The notes below the pieces were generated by a model. It ran no database searches and was not told the origin of the DNA. It saw nothing but the letters and a program-made list of their open reading frames with translations. The position numbers were made by a program, and so were the translations under genes. From assembly GCA_035451285.1 (NCBI GenBank), contig DAOTOJ010000001.1:28924-87673 (forward strand): DNA of 58,750 nucleotides. Reading direction: 5' to 3'. Source of the DNA: Minisyncoccota bacterium. GTDB taxonomy: Bacteria; Patescibacteriota; Minisyncoccia; UBA6257; Brennerbacteraceae. Below, piece by piece: positions 24,462 through 34,470 of this stretch. Position 1 is the first letter of the stretch. The number at the start of each line of letters is the position of its first letter.

Positions 24462-25730
24462 ATGGAATTTATTAGAAAGATTGTTCCTAAAAATCTTAAA
24501 AATTATTTATGGCATTTTCCAAAAGCCGTGATAGCAAATATTGTTTATGGTTTTCCAGCTCGCAAAATAAAAGTTATTGGAGTAGCTGGAACAAAAGGAA
24601 AAACAACCACTAGCTATTTAATTTCACAACTTTTGGAAAGTTATGGCAAAAAGACGGCTCTAATTTCTACTGCAGTAATTAAAGTTGGAGGCCAAGAGAA
24701 ACTTAATGATTTAAAAATGACTTCTCCCTCATCTTTTTATATTCAAAAATTTTTAAAAGAAGCAGTTAGCAAAAGTTGTGATTATTTGGTTTTAGAAACT
24801 TCTTCTCATGCCTTAAAGCAATTTAGAACGTGGGGTATAGATTTTGAAGCGGTAGTAATTACTAATTTAATTCCTGACCATTTGGAATATCATAAAACTA
24901 AAGAAGATTATATTTTAACCCATAAAAAAATGATTTCTAAAAAAACAAAAGTTTTAGTTCTTAATAATGACGATGAATATTCTAATGATTTTAAAAATTT
25001 GAATGTGTTTAAAATTTTAATAGGAGAAAAATCAACTAGTAATTTAAAATTAGAAGATTATTCTTTTTCAGAGAATGGTTCTAAGATTGTTTTTTCTTAT
25101 CAAGACAAAGAATATAATTGTTTTTTACCTTTAATCGGCAAGTTTAATATTTATAATTTTTTGTCAGCTGTTGGTTGTTTAAATGGTCTAGGTTTTAAAA
25201 TAGATAACCTTGGTGAAAAATCTTTAAAATTGAAGCCAGCTCCAGGTAGGAATGAAATTATTTATTATAATAATTTTACAGTTATTGTTGATTACGCCCA
25301 TTCCCCTGAATCTTTTGAAAGTTTTTTTAGAGCAATCAAACCCTTTATTAAGGGGAAATTAATAGTTGTTACTGGGGCTTGCGGAGAAAGAGATAGAAAT
25401 AAACGCCCTAAAATGGGGGAATTATTAGCTTTTTATAGTGATTTGGTTGTAATTACCAATGATGATCCTTACGGAGAAGATCCCGAACAAATTGCCCAAG
25501 ATTTAATTTTGGGACTTGTAAGATCGAATAAATTTCAAGAATCTAAAAATTTCTGGAAAATATTAGATAGGCGCGAAGGAATTAAAAAGGGAATTGATCT
25601 GGCAGAAAAAAACGATGTGGTAGCAATTTTGGGGAAGGGTTCTGAACAATGGCAGGTATTTAAAAACTATAAAATTCCTTGGGATGATAGAAAGATAGCT
25701 AAAGAAATAATTGAAAGTAAAGTTAGATAA
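24462..25730 (+). CDS. murE: Mur ligase, UDP-MurNAc-L-Ala-D-Glu:diamino-acid ligase (MurE-like, short N-terminal domain)
   Basis: P-loop GVAGTKGKTTT, Mur ligase middle and C-terminal domains (DYAHSPES, GACGERDR). The ATG at 24462 is preferred over the upstream TTG at 24423. Confidence 0.8.
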   Translation: MEFIRKIVPKNLKNYLWHFPKAVIANIVYGFPARKIKVIGVAGTKGKTTTSYLISQLLESYGKKTALISTAVIKVGGQEKLNDLKMTSPSSFYIQKFLKEAVSKSCDYLVLETSSHALKQFRTWGIDFEAVVITNLIPDHLEYHKTKEDYILTHKKMISKKTKVLVLNNDDEYSNDFKNLNVFKILIGEKSTSNLKLEDYSFSENGSKIVFSYQDKEYNCFLPLIGKFNIYNFLSAVGCLNGLGFKIDNLGEKSLKLKPAPGRNEIIYYNNFTVIVDYAHSPESFESFFRAIKPFIKGKLIVVTGACGERDRNKRPKMGELLAFYSDLVVITNDDPYGEDPEQIAQDLILGLVRSNKFQESKNFWKILDRREGIKKGIDLAEKNDVVAILGKGSEQWQVFKNYKIPWDDRKIAKEIIESKVR

Positions 25731-26330
25731 TTATTTTCTATTTTCCAAAGCATTAATCAGAGTATCTTCATCGGCGAATTCAACTTCTGCTCCTCTTTGA
25801 AGACCAATAGCTAATTTGGTAACTTTAACTTTAAAATTTTTAAGAATTTTTTCTAATTCCAAAGTTGTTAAATCGCCAGAAGCAGTATGAGAAAAAGCCA
25901 AAATTACTTCTTCTGTTTGAGGATTATTTTTTAATCTACTAATTAATTCCTTTATTCTCAAATCCTTTAAATTATCTTCTGTTGGTAAAGCTAAGCCACC
26001 TAAAATATGATATAAACCATTATATTTTTTAGTTTTTTCAATAGTTATCAAGTCAGTTTCTTTTTCAACTACCGCAATTATTTTATTATTTCGATTAGGA
26101 TTTCTACAAATTTCGCATAATTGTTCATTGTTATTATTTTCGAAGACATAAAAACATTGAGGACAAACTTTTAAATTATCAGCCAAATTTTTTAAAGCAA
26201 AACTATAACTATAAATAAAATTTTTATCGTGTCTTAAAAACCAAAAAGCGATTCTTTGGGCTTGTCGTGGCCCAATTGAAGGTATTTTGGCAAATAATTC
26301 AATAAATCTTTTTAATGATTCTGGTAACAT
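25731..26330 (-). CDS. recR: Recombination protein RecR
   Basis: HhH N-terminus (LPSIGPRQAQRIAF), C4 zinc finger (CPQC...CEIC), and a Toprim region. Confidence 0.9.
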   Translation of the reverse strand: MLPESLKRFIELFAKIPSIGPRQAQRIAFWFLRHDKNFIYSYSFALKNLADNLKVCPQCFYVFENNNNEQLCEICRNPNRNNKIIAVVEKETDLITIEKTKKYNGLYHILGGLALPTEDNLKDLRIKELISRLKNNPQTEEVILAFSHTASGDLTTLELEKILKNFKVKVTKLAIGLQRGAEVEFADEDTLINALENRK

Positions 26331-26336
26331 AGATTT

Positions 26337-27752
26337 TTAAAATTCCTCAATTTCTGATTCCGGAAGTTCTCCTAAAAATTCTTCTTTGCTAAATTCTCTA
26401 AAAGTAGTGAATGCTTCATCAAAATATAAGCTGATTTTTCCTAAAGGACCGTTACGGTGTTTGGCAATAATAATATCTGCTTCATTTTTTCTAGCTGTAT
26501 CTTCTTTAACTCGATCTTCGCGATAAATAAACATGACGACATCAGCATCTTGTTCTATTGAACCAGATTCTCTTAAATCAGATAACCTTGGAATTTGGTT
26601 TGGACGTTGTTCAACAGCTCTGGTTAATTGGGAAATTGTTAGTACGGGGATATTGAGTTCTCTTGCCAAGGCTTTTAAAGATCTTGAAATTTCAGTAACC
26701 TGTTGAACTAAATTATCGGTATTTAAAGTTGATTGGATTAATTGGAGATAATCAATAATTAATAATCCTAAATTTGTTTCAGATTGCAATCTACGAGCCA
26801 TAGCTCTTATTTGAACAACCGTGGGACTCGGAGAATCATCGATATAAATTGGTGCCTCAAATAATCTGGAAGTGGCTTCCTGTGCTAAATCAAAATCAGA
26901 AGGATCACCAGTTTCTGATAACTTTCCAGTTCTTAATTTCCATAACTCAACATTAGCTTCTGCAGCAATTAATCTATCTATAACTTGTTCCCGAGACATT
27001 TCCAAAGAAAATATTCCTACGGGGATATTTTCTTTTAAAGCCGCATGTCTAGCAATATCTAAAGCTAAAGAGGTTTTTCCTAAAGAAGGACGAGCTGCTA
27101 AAATGATTAGATCTGATTTTTGAAGTCCGGCTGTCAAATTATCAAGTGATTTAAATCCGGTTGGTACGCCGCGCAATTTATTTTTTTCACGATTCAAGAG
27201 GTCGATCCTGTCAAAAGCTTCTTTTAGATCTTCTTTAATTGGTTTTAAACCAGGAGAGATTGAAAATTTAGAGATTGAAAATATTTTACTTTCTGCTTCA
27301 TCTAAAACTTCTTGAGCATCTTTTTCTTCATCTAAAGCAAGTTCAGCTATTTCATAAGCTGAATTTAAAAGTTCTCTTAAAACTTTTTTCTTATTTATTA
27401 TTTTAGCATAATGAGTTATATGACTAGAAGAGGGGACGGCATTAACTAATTCTGATAAATAAGATATTCCGCCTATTTCTTCTAATTGTTCTTTTTCTTT
27501 TAATCTTGAAGAAACTGTTAAAATATCAATTGGTTGGTTTTTAGAAAAAAGTTCCAAAATTGTTTCATAAATTAATTGATGGTTTGTTTTATAAAAATCA
27601 TCAATTGATAAAATATCAGCTACTTTTGAGATAGCGTTTTTGTCGATCATTAAAGCTCCCAAAACAGATTGTTCTGCTTCGATGTCTTGAGGCGGCAACT
27701 TGCCTTCTAATAAAATCTTTTCTTTTTCTCCTATTTTTTTCTTTTTGGGCAT
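26337..27752 (-). CDS. dnaB: Replicative DNA helicase DnaB
   Basis: PPQDIEAEQSVLGALM N-terminal motif, Walker A ARPSLGKTS, and IIDYLQLI and SQL motifs. Confidence 0.93.
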   Translation of the reverse strand: MPKKKKIGEKEKILLEGKLPPQDIEAEQSVLGALMIDKNAISKVADILSIDDFYKTNHQLIYETILELFSKNQPIDILTVSSRLKEKEQLEEIGGISYLSELVNAVPSSSHITHYAKIINKKKVLRELLNSAYEIAELALDEEKDAQEVLDEAESKIFSISKFSISPGLKPIKEDLKEAFDRIDLLNREKNKLRGVPTGFKSLDNLTAGLQKSDLIILAARPSLGKTSLALDIARHAALKENIPVGIFSLEMSREQVIDRLIAAEANVELWKLRTGKLSETGDPSDFDLAQEATSRLFEAPIYIDDSPSPTVVQIRAMARRLQSETNLGLLIIDYLQLIQSTLNTDNLVQQVTEISRSLKALARELNIPVLTISQLTRAVEQRPNQIPRLSDLRESGSIEQDADVVMFIYREDRVKEDTARKNEADIIIAKHRNGPLGKISLYFDEAFTTFREFSKEEFLGELPESEIEEF

Positions 27753-27753
27753 A

Positions 27754-29163
27754 TTACTTAATTTTTTTAATTTTTGTTCCTTCTGGGGTGTCTAAAACTT
27801 CATATCCCAATTCAACAATCTTTTTTCTTAATTCATCAGCTTTCTCATATTCTTTATTTTTTCTTAAATTTTCTCTTTTATCAAGTAAAATTGTGACTTT
27901 CTTGGGTATAACTAAGGCTTTTGTTTCCAGGACATCAAAAATTTCATTAAACTTCTTAAGAAATTCAAATATTTCTTTGTTTATTTTAGGATTTTTTAAA
28001 ATCCCCTTATCTTGTTTATAAAAATACTTTATTAAGTTAAAAATCTGGGAAATAGCTAAGGGAGAATTAAAATCATCAGCCAGATATTTCCAAAATTTTT
28101 CTTCAAAAAATTTAATTTTTGCTAGATGAGCTTTTTCTTGGGAAATTGGCAATTTAAAATTTTTATTCTTAGCATCTAAAACTTGATAATAAAAACTAGT
28201 TATTCTTTCCAGGGATTCTTTAGCTTGTAGAAGAAGGTCATTAGTAAAATCAATAGGGGAATGGTAATGATAAGAAGCTATAAAGAATCTTAAGGTTTGG
28301 ACTGAATTTGTTTTTAAAACTTCCCTAATAGTTAAAAAATTACCTAGAGATTTTGACATTTTTTCTCCATTGACTAATAAAAAACCAGTATGAATCCAAT
28401 ATTTAACCATTGGTTTTTTACCAGATAGAGCTTCCATTTGAGCTATTTCCGCTTCATGATGGGGAAAAATCAAATCCACCGCTCCTCCATGAATATCGTA
28501 TTGAAAACCAAAATGATATTCACTAATAGCTGTATCTTCGATGTGCCAACCTGGCCTGCCATCTCCATATTCAAATTTCCAGAAAGGCTCATCATCTTTT
28601 TTAAATTTCCATAAGCAGAAATCTCCTTTATTTATTTTTAAAATTGAATCGTCAATTCTACTAGTAGCGCTATATGTTTTATTAATAGTTCTTTTAGACA
28701 GTTTTCCATAATCTTTGAATTTACTAATATTGTAATAAATTCCATCAGAAGTTTGATAGGCGTAACCCTTTTTTATTAATCTTCTTATTTGGTCCTGAAT
28801 TTGATTAATATAAGAAGTAGCCCGAGCATATTTATTGACACTTTTTATTTTTAAGTTTTTTATATCTTTTAAGTATTCTTTTTCATATTTTAGAGCTAAT
28901 TGTCTAGGAGAAATTTTTTCCTCTCTGGCGCGATTTATAATTTTGTCATCAATATCGGTGATGTTTTGAAGATAAAAGACATCAAAACCATTTTGTTTTA
29001 AAAATCTTGCCAAAAAATCATAAAAAAGATAAGTTCTTAAATGCCCCAAATGCGGTAAATCATAAACAGTTGGACCGCAAACAAACATTTTAACTCGTTT
29101 ATTATCAAGCGGTCTAAAAATCTTTTTTCTTCTAGAATAAGTATCGTAAAATCTAAAAACCAT
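27754..29163 (-). CDS. cysS: Cysteinyl-tRNA synthetase
   Basis: HIGH-type motif PHLGHLRTY and KMSKSLGN. The start at 29163 (MVFRFYDTYSRRK...) aligns with CysS N-termini. A TATAAT on the minus strand (29178-29173) lies between it and the upstream ATG at 29184. Confidence 0.9.
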   Translation of the reverse strand: MVFRFYDTYSRRKKIFRPLDNKRVKMFVCGPTVYDLPHLGHLRTYLFYDFLARFLKQNGFDVFYLQNITDIDDKIINRAREEKISPRQLALKYEKEYLKDIKNLKIKSVNKYARATSYINQIQDQIRRLIKKGYAYQTSDGIYYNISKFKDYGKLSKRTINKTYSATSRIDDSILKINKGDFCLWKFKKDDEPFWKFEYGDGRPGWHIEDTAISEYHFGFQYDIHGGAVDLIFPHHEAEIAQMEALSGKKPMVKYWIHTGFLLVNGEKMSKSLGNFLTIREVLKTNSVQTLRFFIASYHYHSPIDFTNDLLLQAKESLERITSFYYQVLDAKNKNFKLPISQEKAHLAKIKFFEEKFWKYLADDFNSPLAISQIFNLIKYFYKQDKGILKNPKINKEIFEFLKKFNEIFDVLETKALVIPKKVTILLDKRENLRKNKEYEKADELRKKIVELGYEVLDTPEGTKIKKIK

Positions 29164-29221
29164 AGTAATATTATTATATACCATTTTTAGCTAAACAATT
29201 AATAACCAAAGCGCAGTGGTT

Positions 29222-29248
29222 TTAGCAGTCTTGACATTAGATTGCTAA
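29222..29248 (+). promoter_or_regulatory. CIRCE operator (HrcA binding site)
   Basis: TTAGCAGTC-N9-GATTGCTAA compared with the consensus TTAGCACTC-N9-GAGTGCTAA, matching 8 of 9 in each arm. It sits directly upstream of hrcA-grpE-dnaK. Confidence 0.85.
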
Positions 29249-29258
29249 TTGGTATAAT
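29231..29258 (+). promoter_or_regulatory. Consensus sigma70 promoter TTGACA-16-TATAAT embedded in CIRCE
   Basis: TTGACA at 29231-29236 lies inside the CIRCE spacer. TATAAT at 29253-29258 ends 7 nt before the ATG at 29266. Confidence 0.6.
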
Positions 29259-29265
29259 ATTGGGT

Positions 29266-29961
29266 ATGCTAACAGATAGACAAAAAACCATTTTAAAGAT
29301 TTTAACTGATGAGTATATCAAAGAATTTAGCCCTATAAGCTCCAATTATTTGGTTTCAAGATGTGGTTTAGATTTTAGTTCAGCGACGATTAGAAACGAA
29401 TTAGCAGTTCTTGAAGAACAAGGTTATTTAAAAAAGAATTATCGTTCTTCTGGTAGTGTTCCTACTAATAAAGCTTATGAATTATTGGTTGATGAGATTT
29501 TGCAAGAAAGATTCGAAGAAAAATGGTTTGATAATTTCGAAGAACCCTTATCTTTTAGTGAATTAAATGAATTGTCTAATTTTATAGCTAGTCAATTAAA
29601 AATTTTTAATGCTATAATTAATGATCAATTAAAGTTTTATTATGACGGAGTAGAAGAATTGTTTGCTTCCCCTGATTTTCAGGAAAAAGAAGAATTCTTG
29701 CATTTAGCGAAAACAATAGATTCAATAGAAGATTTTTATAAAGATATTTTTTATAAAGTTGTAAATAATAAACCAATGATTTTTATAGGTAAAAACAATC
29801 CTTTTAATTTAAAAAGCGATCTGATAAGTTTTTTGACTGGTTCTGTTCAAACACCAAATGAAAAGATAGCTTTTGTATTAATTGGCCCAAGTAGAATGCC
29901 TTATGAAAAAAATTGGTTGTTTTTAAATAGACTTTTAAATAGTTTTAAAATTAATAATTAA
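29266..29961 (+). CDS. hrcA: Heat-inducible transcription repressor HrcA (short form)
   Basis: N-terminal winged-helix region LTDRQKTILKILTDEYIKEFSPISSNYL...SSATIRNELAVLEEQGYL, in the operon position before grpE-dnaK. The ATG at 29266 is chosen because the ORF-track TTG at 29242 lies upstream of the -10 box. Confidence 0.8.
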   Translation: MLTDRQKTILKILTDEYIKEFSPISSNYLVSRCGLDFSSATIRNELAVLEEQGYLKKNYRSSGSVPTNKAYELLVDEILQERFEEKWFDNFEEPLSFSELNELSNFIASQLKIFNAIINDQLKFYYDGVEELFASPDFQEKEEFLHLAKTIDSIEDFYKDIFYKVVNNKPMIFIGKNNPFNLKSDLISFLTGSVQTPNEKIAFVLIGPSRMPYEKNWLFLNRLLNSFKINN

Positions 29962-29967
29962 AAATTT

Positions 29968-30513
29968 ATGTTGGAAAAAGATGATAAAAATTTAAAAGAT
30001 AATCAAAAAGATAATCAAACTAAAGAAAATTTACAAATGAAAGAATTAATAGCTAAAGTTCGTAGCCTTACTGATGATCTTGAAAAATGCCAAAAAGAAA
30101 AGGAAGAATATTTAAATGGTTGGCAACGATCAAGAGCAGAGTTTATTAATTATCAGAAAAGGGAGCAAGAAAGAATTATTCAAATTTGTAATTATGCTAA
30201 TGAAAATTTAATAAGTGAATTGTTACTAGTATTAGATAGTTTAGAATTAGCCATTGATAATTCTAAAGATAGCGAGTTTTTAAAAACGTTAAATTTACTG
30301 AAATCGCAGTTTGAAAATATCTTAAGGAAAAATGGGGTAGAATTGATAAAAACCGAAGTTAATGATAAATTTGATCCCGAAATTCATGAAGCTATTGAAA
30401 CTGAAAAAAAAGAAAATTTTCAAGACAATACAATAATTGAAATAATTTCTAAAGGCTATAAATTAAATGGTAAGATTATTAGACCGGTAAAAGTAAAAGT
30501 CGCTAAAAATTAA
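29968..30513 (+). CDS. grpE: Nucleotide exchange factor GrpE
   Basis: Coiled-coil N-terminus, RSRAEFINYQKR motif, and a C-terminal beta domain (FDPEIHEAI...GYKLNGKIIRPVKV). Confidence 0.9.
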   Translation: MLEKDDKNLKDNQKDNQTKENLQMKELIAKVRSLTDDLEKCQKEKEEYLNGWQRSRAEFINYQKREQERIIQICNYANENLISELLLVLDSLELAIDNSKDSEFLKTLNLLKSQFENILRKNGVELIKTEVNDKFDPEIHEAIETEKKENFQDNTIIEIISKGYKLNGKIIRPVKVKVAKN

Positions 30514-30554
30514 GTAAAAAATAAAAAATTAATTAATTAGAAAAATACAAAAAT

Positions 30555-32438
30555 ATGGCTAAAATTTTAGGAATAGATTTAGGAACAACAAATTCAGCAA
30601 TGGCAGTTATTGAGGGTGGGCAGCCTAAAATAGTTGAAAATAGGGAAGGAGCTAGAACCACTCCCTCAGTAGTTGCTATTTCAAAATCAGGAGAAAGACT
30701 GGTTGGTATTACAGCTAAGCGTCAAGCAATTGTTAATCCTCAAAATACAATTTTTTCTGTAAAGAGATTAATTGGTAGGCGCTTTGATGATCCCACGGTC
30801 CAACACGATAAAAAAACTCTTCCCTATGAAATTGTCAAAGGAAGTTCTGATGGCGTAGAAGTTGTAATGGGTGGAAAGAAGTATCGTCCGGAAGAAATTT
30901 CCTCAATGATTTTGGCAAAATTAAAACAAGATGCCGAAGAAAAATTGGGAGAAAAGATAGAAGAGGCAGTAATAACTTGTCCTGCTTATTTTGACGATTC
31001 TCAAAGAGCAGCTACCAAAGCAGCTGGAGAAATTGCTGGTTTTAAAGTTAAAAGGATTTTACCAGAACCAACAGCTGCTGCTTTAGCTTACGGCTTTGAT
31101 AAAAGAAAAAATGAGCAGATTTTAGTTTACGATTTTGGAGGAGGAACTTTCGATATTTCTATTTTGGAAATTGGAGAAAATACGATTGAAGTAAAAGGAA
31201 TAGGGGGAGATACTCATTTAGGTGGAGATGATTTTGATCAAAGAATAATAAACTATTTAATTGAAGAATATAAAAAGCAGGAAGGAATTGATTTATCAAA
31301 AGATAATTTAGCTCTTCAAAGATTAAAAGAAGCTGCTGAACGAGCAAAACACGAATTATCAACAGTATTAGAAACTGAGATTAATTTGCCGTTTATTACT
31401 TCTGATGCTTCTGGCCCAAAGCATTTTGTGATGAAATTAACCAGAAGCAAACTTGAAGAATTAGTGGATGATTATATTACCCGATCCATAGAACTTGTTG
31501 GGGAAACTTTAAAAGAAGCTAAAATGAAACCAACTGATATTGAAGAAATAATTTTAGTTGGCGGACAAACTAGAATGCCTAAAATTTCTCAAGCTGTTAA
31601 AGAATATTTTGGCAAAGAACCACATAAAGATATTAATCCTGACGAAGTTGTAGCTATTGGAGCAGCAATTGAAGCTGGAGTTTTACAAGGAGAAGTAAGA
31701 GACATCTTGTTATTAGATGCTACTCCCTTAAGTTTGGGAATTGAAACTTTAGGAAATGTAATGACTGTAATGATTCCTAAAAATACTACGATTCCAACTG
31801 CTCACACTGAAATTTTTTCAACAGCTTCTGATAATCAAACTTCAGTAGATGTTCATGTTTTACAAGGAGAAAGACCAATGGCTTCTGACAATAAAAGCTT
31901 GGGAAGATTTATTTTAGATGGTATTCCACCAGCACCTCGTGGCGTGCCTCAAATTGAAGTTACTTTTGATATTGATGCTAATGGAATTTTATCAGTCACA
32001 GCAATTGATAAAGCAAGTGGCAAAAAGCAATCTATTAAAATTGAAGGTAGCGCTAATTTGACAAAAGAAGAAATAGAAAGGATGAAAAGGGAGGCTGAGA
32101 TCCATCAAGAAGAAGATAGAAAAAATAGAGAACTAATAGAGGCAAGAAATAATGCCGAAAGCGTAATTTATCAAGCTGAAAAATTCTTGAAAGACTATAC
32201 TTCCAAAATATCAGAGGAAGATAAAAATAATTTACAGGCTAAAATTGATGAACTTAAAAAAATAATTGATGGTAGTGATGCAGAAATAATAAAATCAGTT
32301 GCCTCAGAATTAGCTTTATTACTTCAAAATATTGGGGGAAGAATGTATAATCAAGAAGGAAATAATGATACCAATCCTAATAATAATGATGATAATCAAG
32401 ACCAAAACCAAAAATCTTCAGAAAATGACAATTCTTAA
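30555..32438 (+). CDS. dnaK: Molecular chaperone DnaK (Hsp70)
   Basis: [17 protein letters not shown], and [14 protein letters not shown]. The C-terminus is Asn/Asp-rich and low-complexity. Confidence 0.96.
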   Translation: MAKILGIDLGTTNSAMAVIEGGQPKIVENREGARTTPSVVAISKSGERLVGITAKRQAIVNPQNTIFSVKRLIGRRFDDPTVQHDKKTLPYEIVKGSSDGVEVVMGGKKYRPEEISSMILAKLKQDAEEKLGEKIEEAVITCPAYFDDSQRAATKAAGEIAGFKVKRILPEPTAAALAYGFDKRKNEQILVYDFGGGTFDISILEIGENTIEVKGIGGDTHLGGDDFDQRIINYLIEEYKKQEGIDLSKDNLALQRLKEAAERAKHELSTVLETEINLPFITSDASGPKHFVMKLTRSKLEELVDDYITRSIELVGETLKEAKMKPTDIEEIILVGGQTRMPKISQAVKEYFGKEPHKDINPDEVVAIGAAIEAGVLQGEVRDILLLDATPLSLGIETLGNVMTVMIPKNTTIPTAHTEIFSTASDNQTSVDVHVLQGERPMASDNKSLGRFILDGIPPAPRGVPQIEVTFDIDANGILSVTAIDKASGKKQSIKIEGSANLTKEEIERMKREAEIHQEEDRKNRELIEARNNAESVIYQAEKFLKDYTSKISEEDKNNLQAKIDELKKIIDGSDAEIIKSVASELALLLQNIGGRMYNQEGNNDTNPNNNDDNQDQNQKSSENDNS

Positions 32439-32449
32439 AAGTTAAAAAA

Positions 32450-33451
32450 GTGGCAGAACAATATTATCAACAAATTATTCCACAAGAAGACCAACCAACT
32501 AAAAATAAAACTTTGAGACAAGTTGTTTTTATAGGCTTAGAAATAATTTCAACGTTAGTTATTTCATTTTTAATCTATCAGTCTGTTGGTAATTTTGACT
32601 ATTGGCTAATGTTAGGGGTTATCTTGCTGTTAATTTTTTTAACATTTCTGAGAAGTCTTTCTTCTGTACTTTTTAGCGCCACTTTTAATCTATTTAGTAA
32701 CTTGATTTACTTTGCCATTATTTTTATCCCTATCTTTTTTAGTGTTAAAAAATATGAAATTTTAATAATTGCTTTTTTCACTATTATTTTAGGAATGATT
32801 ATGAATTTTAAGGTTAAGGGTTCCTTAGATAATCAAATTAAATTCAATTTTGGAGCAATTTCTAATTCTGCCAAAGGAATAGTTGTCGTAATTATTTCTT
32901 TGGCTTTGGCTTGTATGATTTGGAGCCAAAGAATCATTAATAAATCTTTGATCACCGAAAACGAAATCAGCTATTTATTAAATGGCGCTTCTCCAATTGT
33001 TTCTAATTTTTTGCCTGGTTTTAGTAGTTCGGCAACAATTAATGATCTTATAAATGGAGCGATTAAAACCCAACTTAAAAATCAAGAAGCTACTAATCAA
33101 ATTAAGGTGCTTGGTAATTTAGAAATTGCTAATTTGGAGCAAACTATTTCCAGAGAAATTTATAATAGTACCCTAAAGAATTTCGAAAATATATTCCAAA
33201 TGGATTTAACTGGCAATGAAAAAATTTCGAATTTAATTTATCAAAAAATAAACCAGTGGGTCGAAAAGCAACAGGGTACTTGGTTTAATTTAATAGCTCT
33301 ATTAGTTATTTTTGGAATTTGTTGGTTCATAATTGGAATTTTAAGTTTTCTAATTGATATCTTATTTTCAGTTTTCTTTAAGATTTTTAAATTTTTAAAG
33401 ATTGTAACTTTTTCTAAAGTAACAGTTGAAAAAGAAATTTTAAGTTTTTAA
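32450..33451 (+). CDS. Polytopic membrane protein (hypothetical) inserted in the dnaK operon
   Basis: 333-aa ORF with a GTG start and several TM helices at both ends. No motif recognised. Confidence 0.55.
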   Translation: MAEQYYQQIIPQEDQPTKNKTLRQVVFIGLEIISTLVISFLIYQSVGNFDYWLMLGVILLLIFLTFLRSLSSVLFSATFNLFSNLIYFAIIFIPIFFSVKKYEILIIAFFTIILGMIMNFKVKGSLDNQIKFNFGAISNSAKGIVVVIISLALACMIWSQRIINKSLITENEISYLLNGASPIVSNFLPGFSSSATINDLINGAIKTQLKNQEATNQIKVLGNLEIANLEQTISREIYNSTLKNFENIFQMDLTGNEKISNLIYQKINQWVEKQQGTWFNLIALLVIFGICWFIIGILSFLIDILFSVFFKIFKFLKIVTFSKVTVEKEILSF

Positions 33452-33457
33452 AAAATT

Positions 33458-33958
33458 ATGGGAGAAAAAGATTATTATAAAATTTTAGGGGTGAATGAAA
33501 ACGCAACTTCTAATGAAATTAAAAAAGCTTATCACGATTTAGCTTATAAATATCATCCTGATAGGCCAACTGGGGATGAAAAAAAATTTAAAGAAATAAA
33601 CGAAGCTTATCAGGTTTTATCAGATAGCGAAAAAAGAAAGCAATATGATTTTATGAGAAAATACGGCTATGCCGGTTCTAGTAGTTCGCGAAGTAGGGGT
33701 GCTGATTTTGATTTTAACTTTGGCTTTCCATTTAGTTTTGGTTTAGATGATATTTTGTCTGAAATTTTTTCACAAATGTCAGGTTCATCTCGTTCTTCCA
33801 GAACTTATTCTTCTCCTAAACAATCAATTAGTTATAATTATTTTGGGCCGAAAGGTGTAAAACTTAATATTGAAATTGAAAATATTAATGGAATTAATCC
33901 CAAACTAAAAAGAATAATTGATGAATTTGCTCAGAAATTTTTCGGAGAAATAAAATAA
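33458..33958 (+). CDS. J-domain co-chaperone (truncated DnaJ-like; no Zn-finger or C-terminal substrate domains)
   Basis: DYYKILGV...YHPDRP (HPD motif) followed by a Gly/Phe-like segment ([15 protein letters not shown]). Only 166 aa, with no CxxCxGxG repeats. Confidence 0.82.
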   Translation: MGEKDYYKILGVNENATSNEIKKAYHDLAYKYHPDRPTGDEKKFKEINEAYQVLSDSEKRKQYDFMRKYGYAGSSSSRSRGADFDFNFGFPFSFGLDDILSEIFSQMSGSSRSSRTYSSPKQSISYNYFGPKGVKLNIEIENINGINPKLKRIIDEFAQKFFGEIK

Positions 33959-33959
33959 T

Positions 33960-34466
33960 ATGAATTTAGAATTTATATTTACTTCCCAATTTATCTTCTT
34001 TTGCTTTTTAATTATTCTGCTATTTTTTTTAAGTTTAAGTTTTTCAATTAAAAACAATCTTCAAATTTTTTTAACTTTATATTTTTGGAATTTTTCAATT
34101 AATAATTTGCTTAACCTAATTGGTTATTTTAATAGTGCCGTTTTAGAATATTATTCTTTGCTATATTTCGGCCTATCTTTAATTCTAATTTTTATTTTCT
34201 ATAAATTATTTGGGAAATTTAATTTGCCAAAAGTTAAAACAAATTCCTGGATAGTAAATTTCGTTTTTAATTTAACGCTTTTTGGTTTCGTAATTTCAGT
34301 TCTTCCCAATGTTTTTACTAATTATTTGCCAAGTTTTTTAGTGACTAGTTTATTTGGTTTTCCAGGACAATATTTCTGGAAATTTGCGCCAATTTTTTTA
34401 ATAATTCTAATTTTATTTTTACCAAGAAAGATTACCAAAAAAGCAAAAATTGAAATTTCAAATTAA
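33960..34466 (+). CDS. Polytopic membrane protein (hypothetical)
   Basis: 168-aa, very hydrophobic ORF lying 1 nt after the J-protein stop. Confidence 0.5.
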   Translation: MNLEFIFTSQFIFFCFLIILLFFLSLSFSIKNNLQIFLTLYFWNFSINNLLNLIGYFNSAVLEYYSLLYFGLSLILIFIFYKLFGKFNLPKVKTNSWIVNFVFNLTLFGFVISVLPNVFTNYLPSFLVTSLFGFPGQYFWKFAPIFLIILILFLPRKITKKAKIEISN

Positions 34467-34470
34467 TATT

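Noticed and set aside
26872-28021. + strand ORFs 26872-27123 (inside dnaB) and 27788-28021 (inside cysS).
   Set aside because: Both are antisense to highly conserved genes and have no motifs.
29185-29221. Possible T-box or other leader upstream of cysS, and likewise upstream of serS, lysS and gltX.
   Set aside because: The upstream spacers are only about 10-60 nt, far too short for T-box riboswitches (over 200 nt). The small AACCA-N8-TGGTT hairpin at 29203-29220 is weak.
31159-31362. 67-aa antisense ORF inside dnaK.
   Set aside because: It is nested antisense to Hsp70, with a Leu/Gln-rich, compositionally driven translation.
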